Below are positions 63,428 through 64,000 of a stretch of DNA of 64,000 bases, one piece after another. Each line of letters begins with the position of its first letter. The first letter of the stretch is position 1. The notes below the pieces were generated by a model. That model worked only from the letters and a program-made list of their open reading frames with translations. It ran no database searches and had not been told where the DNA came from. The DNA is from Dipteris shenzhenensis (Eukaryota). The translations under genes and the position numbers were made by a program. Where the stretch lies: assembly GCA_047967505.1 (NCBI GenBank), contig CM106538.1; one strand, written 5' to 3'.

Positions 63428-64000
63428 AGTAGTGGTAGTAGCATTTTGTATATCCGCTCGTTTGAGCAATTTTGTATCGCCCTTTTGAAAGGGTAATTTT
63501 GTTACAAACAATGTTGTATATGTCCGACATGTATATGCTTTTGTTGCTCATCATTTCACAAGAACGATTTTGTATCACCCTTTTCGCAAGGGAAAAATTG
63601 TTATAAAAAAACTTTGTTTTATAATTACAAAAAAAAAAAAGGATTAGTGGGGCTAAATAGGGCCAAAAGGAAGCCCTGTTTAGCCCCACTAACCCTGTTT
63701 TTTTACTTTTGTTAATCGTCACTATATAACGACATTTACCAGTGTTGCTATATAGTGACGATTAACAGTGTCGCTATATAGCGACGTTTGCCAGTGTCAC
63801 TATATAACGACACTTTATAGTGACGGTCCTTTTCTAACGCTTTTAGCGACACTTATAGCGACGTTTGCGCCCGTGAAAAAAAAAGATTTTTAATGTAAAA
63901 AGCATCGGTATTTTCGTCGAAAAATGGCCTATGCTTTGTAGTGGATCACACAGACATTTGATTTTTTGCTCCAACCACATTTCGCGATGGTGGATACGGA

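Larger units (their letters stand above)
52988..63943. mobile_element. Full-length CACTA (En/Spm) DNA transposon, ~11 kb
   Basis: CACTAC at 52988 and GTAGTG ending at 63943; 3-bp TSD GAT on both sides. Subterminal palindromes GTCGCTATATAGCGAC at 53084-53150 and 63715-63865. Confidence 0.95.

Overview
This is eukaryotic, repeat-rich land-plant nuclear DNA. The PLS-class PPR gene, the long (CA)n/(GA)n tracts and the TE spectrum suggest a fern or other seed-free plant (inference only). The only apparently intact host gene is a PLS/E-class pentatricopeptide-repeat gene (32597-34534, minus strand), followed by a partial tandem duplication of its 5' end. Almost everything else is transposon-derived. 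Elements include: a decayed Ty1/copia abutting a frameshifted histone H3-fold pseudogene; a ~28 kb nest of co-oriented Penelope-like (Naiad/Chlamys-type) RT relics separated by (CA)n tracts; Sola-like transposase relics; several Ty3/gypsy relics; a solo LTR with a 5-bp TSD; a MITE with an 8-bp TSD; and a complete 11-kb CACTA element (52988-63943, TSD GAT) with divergently oriented genes, inserted into a related CACTA. All protein assignments come from motif recognition by eye; no searches were run.
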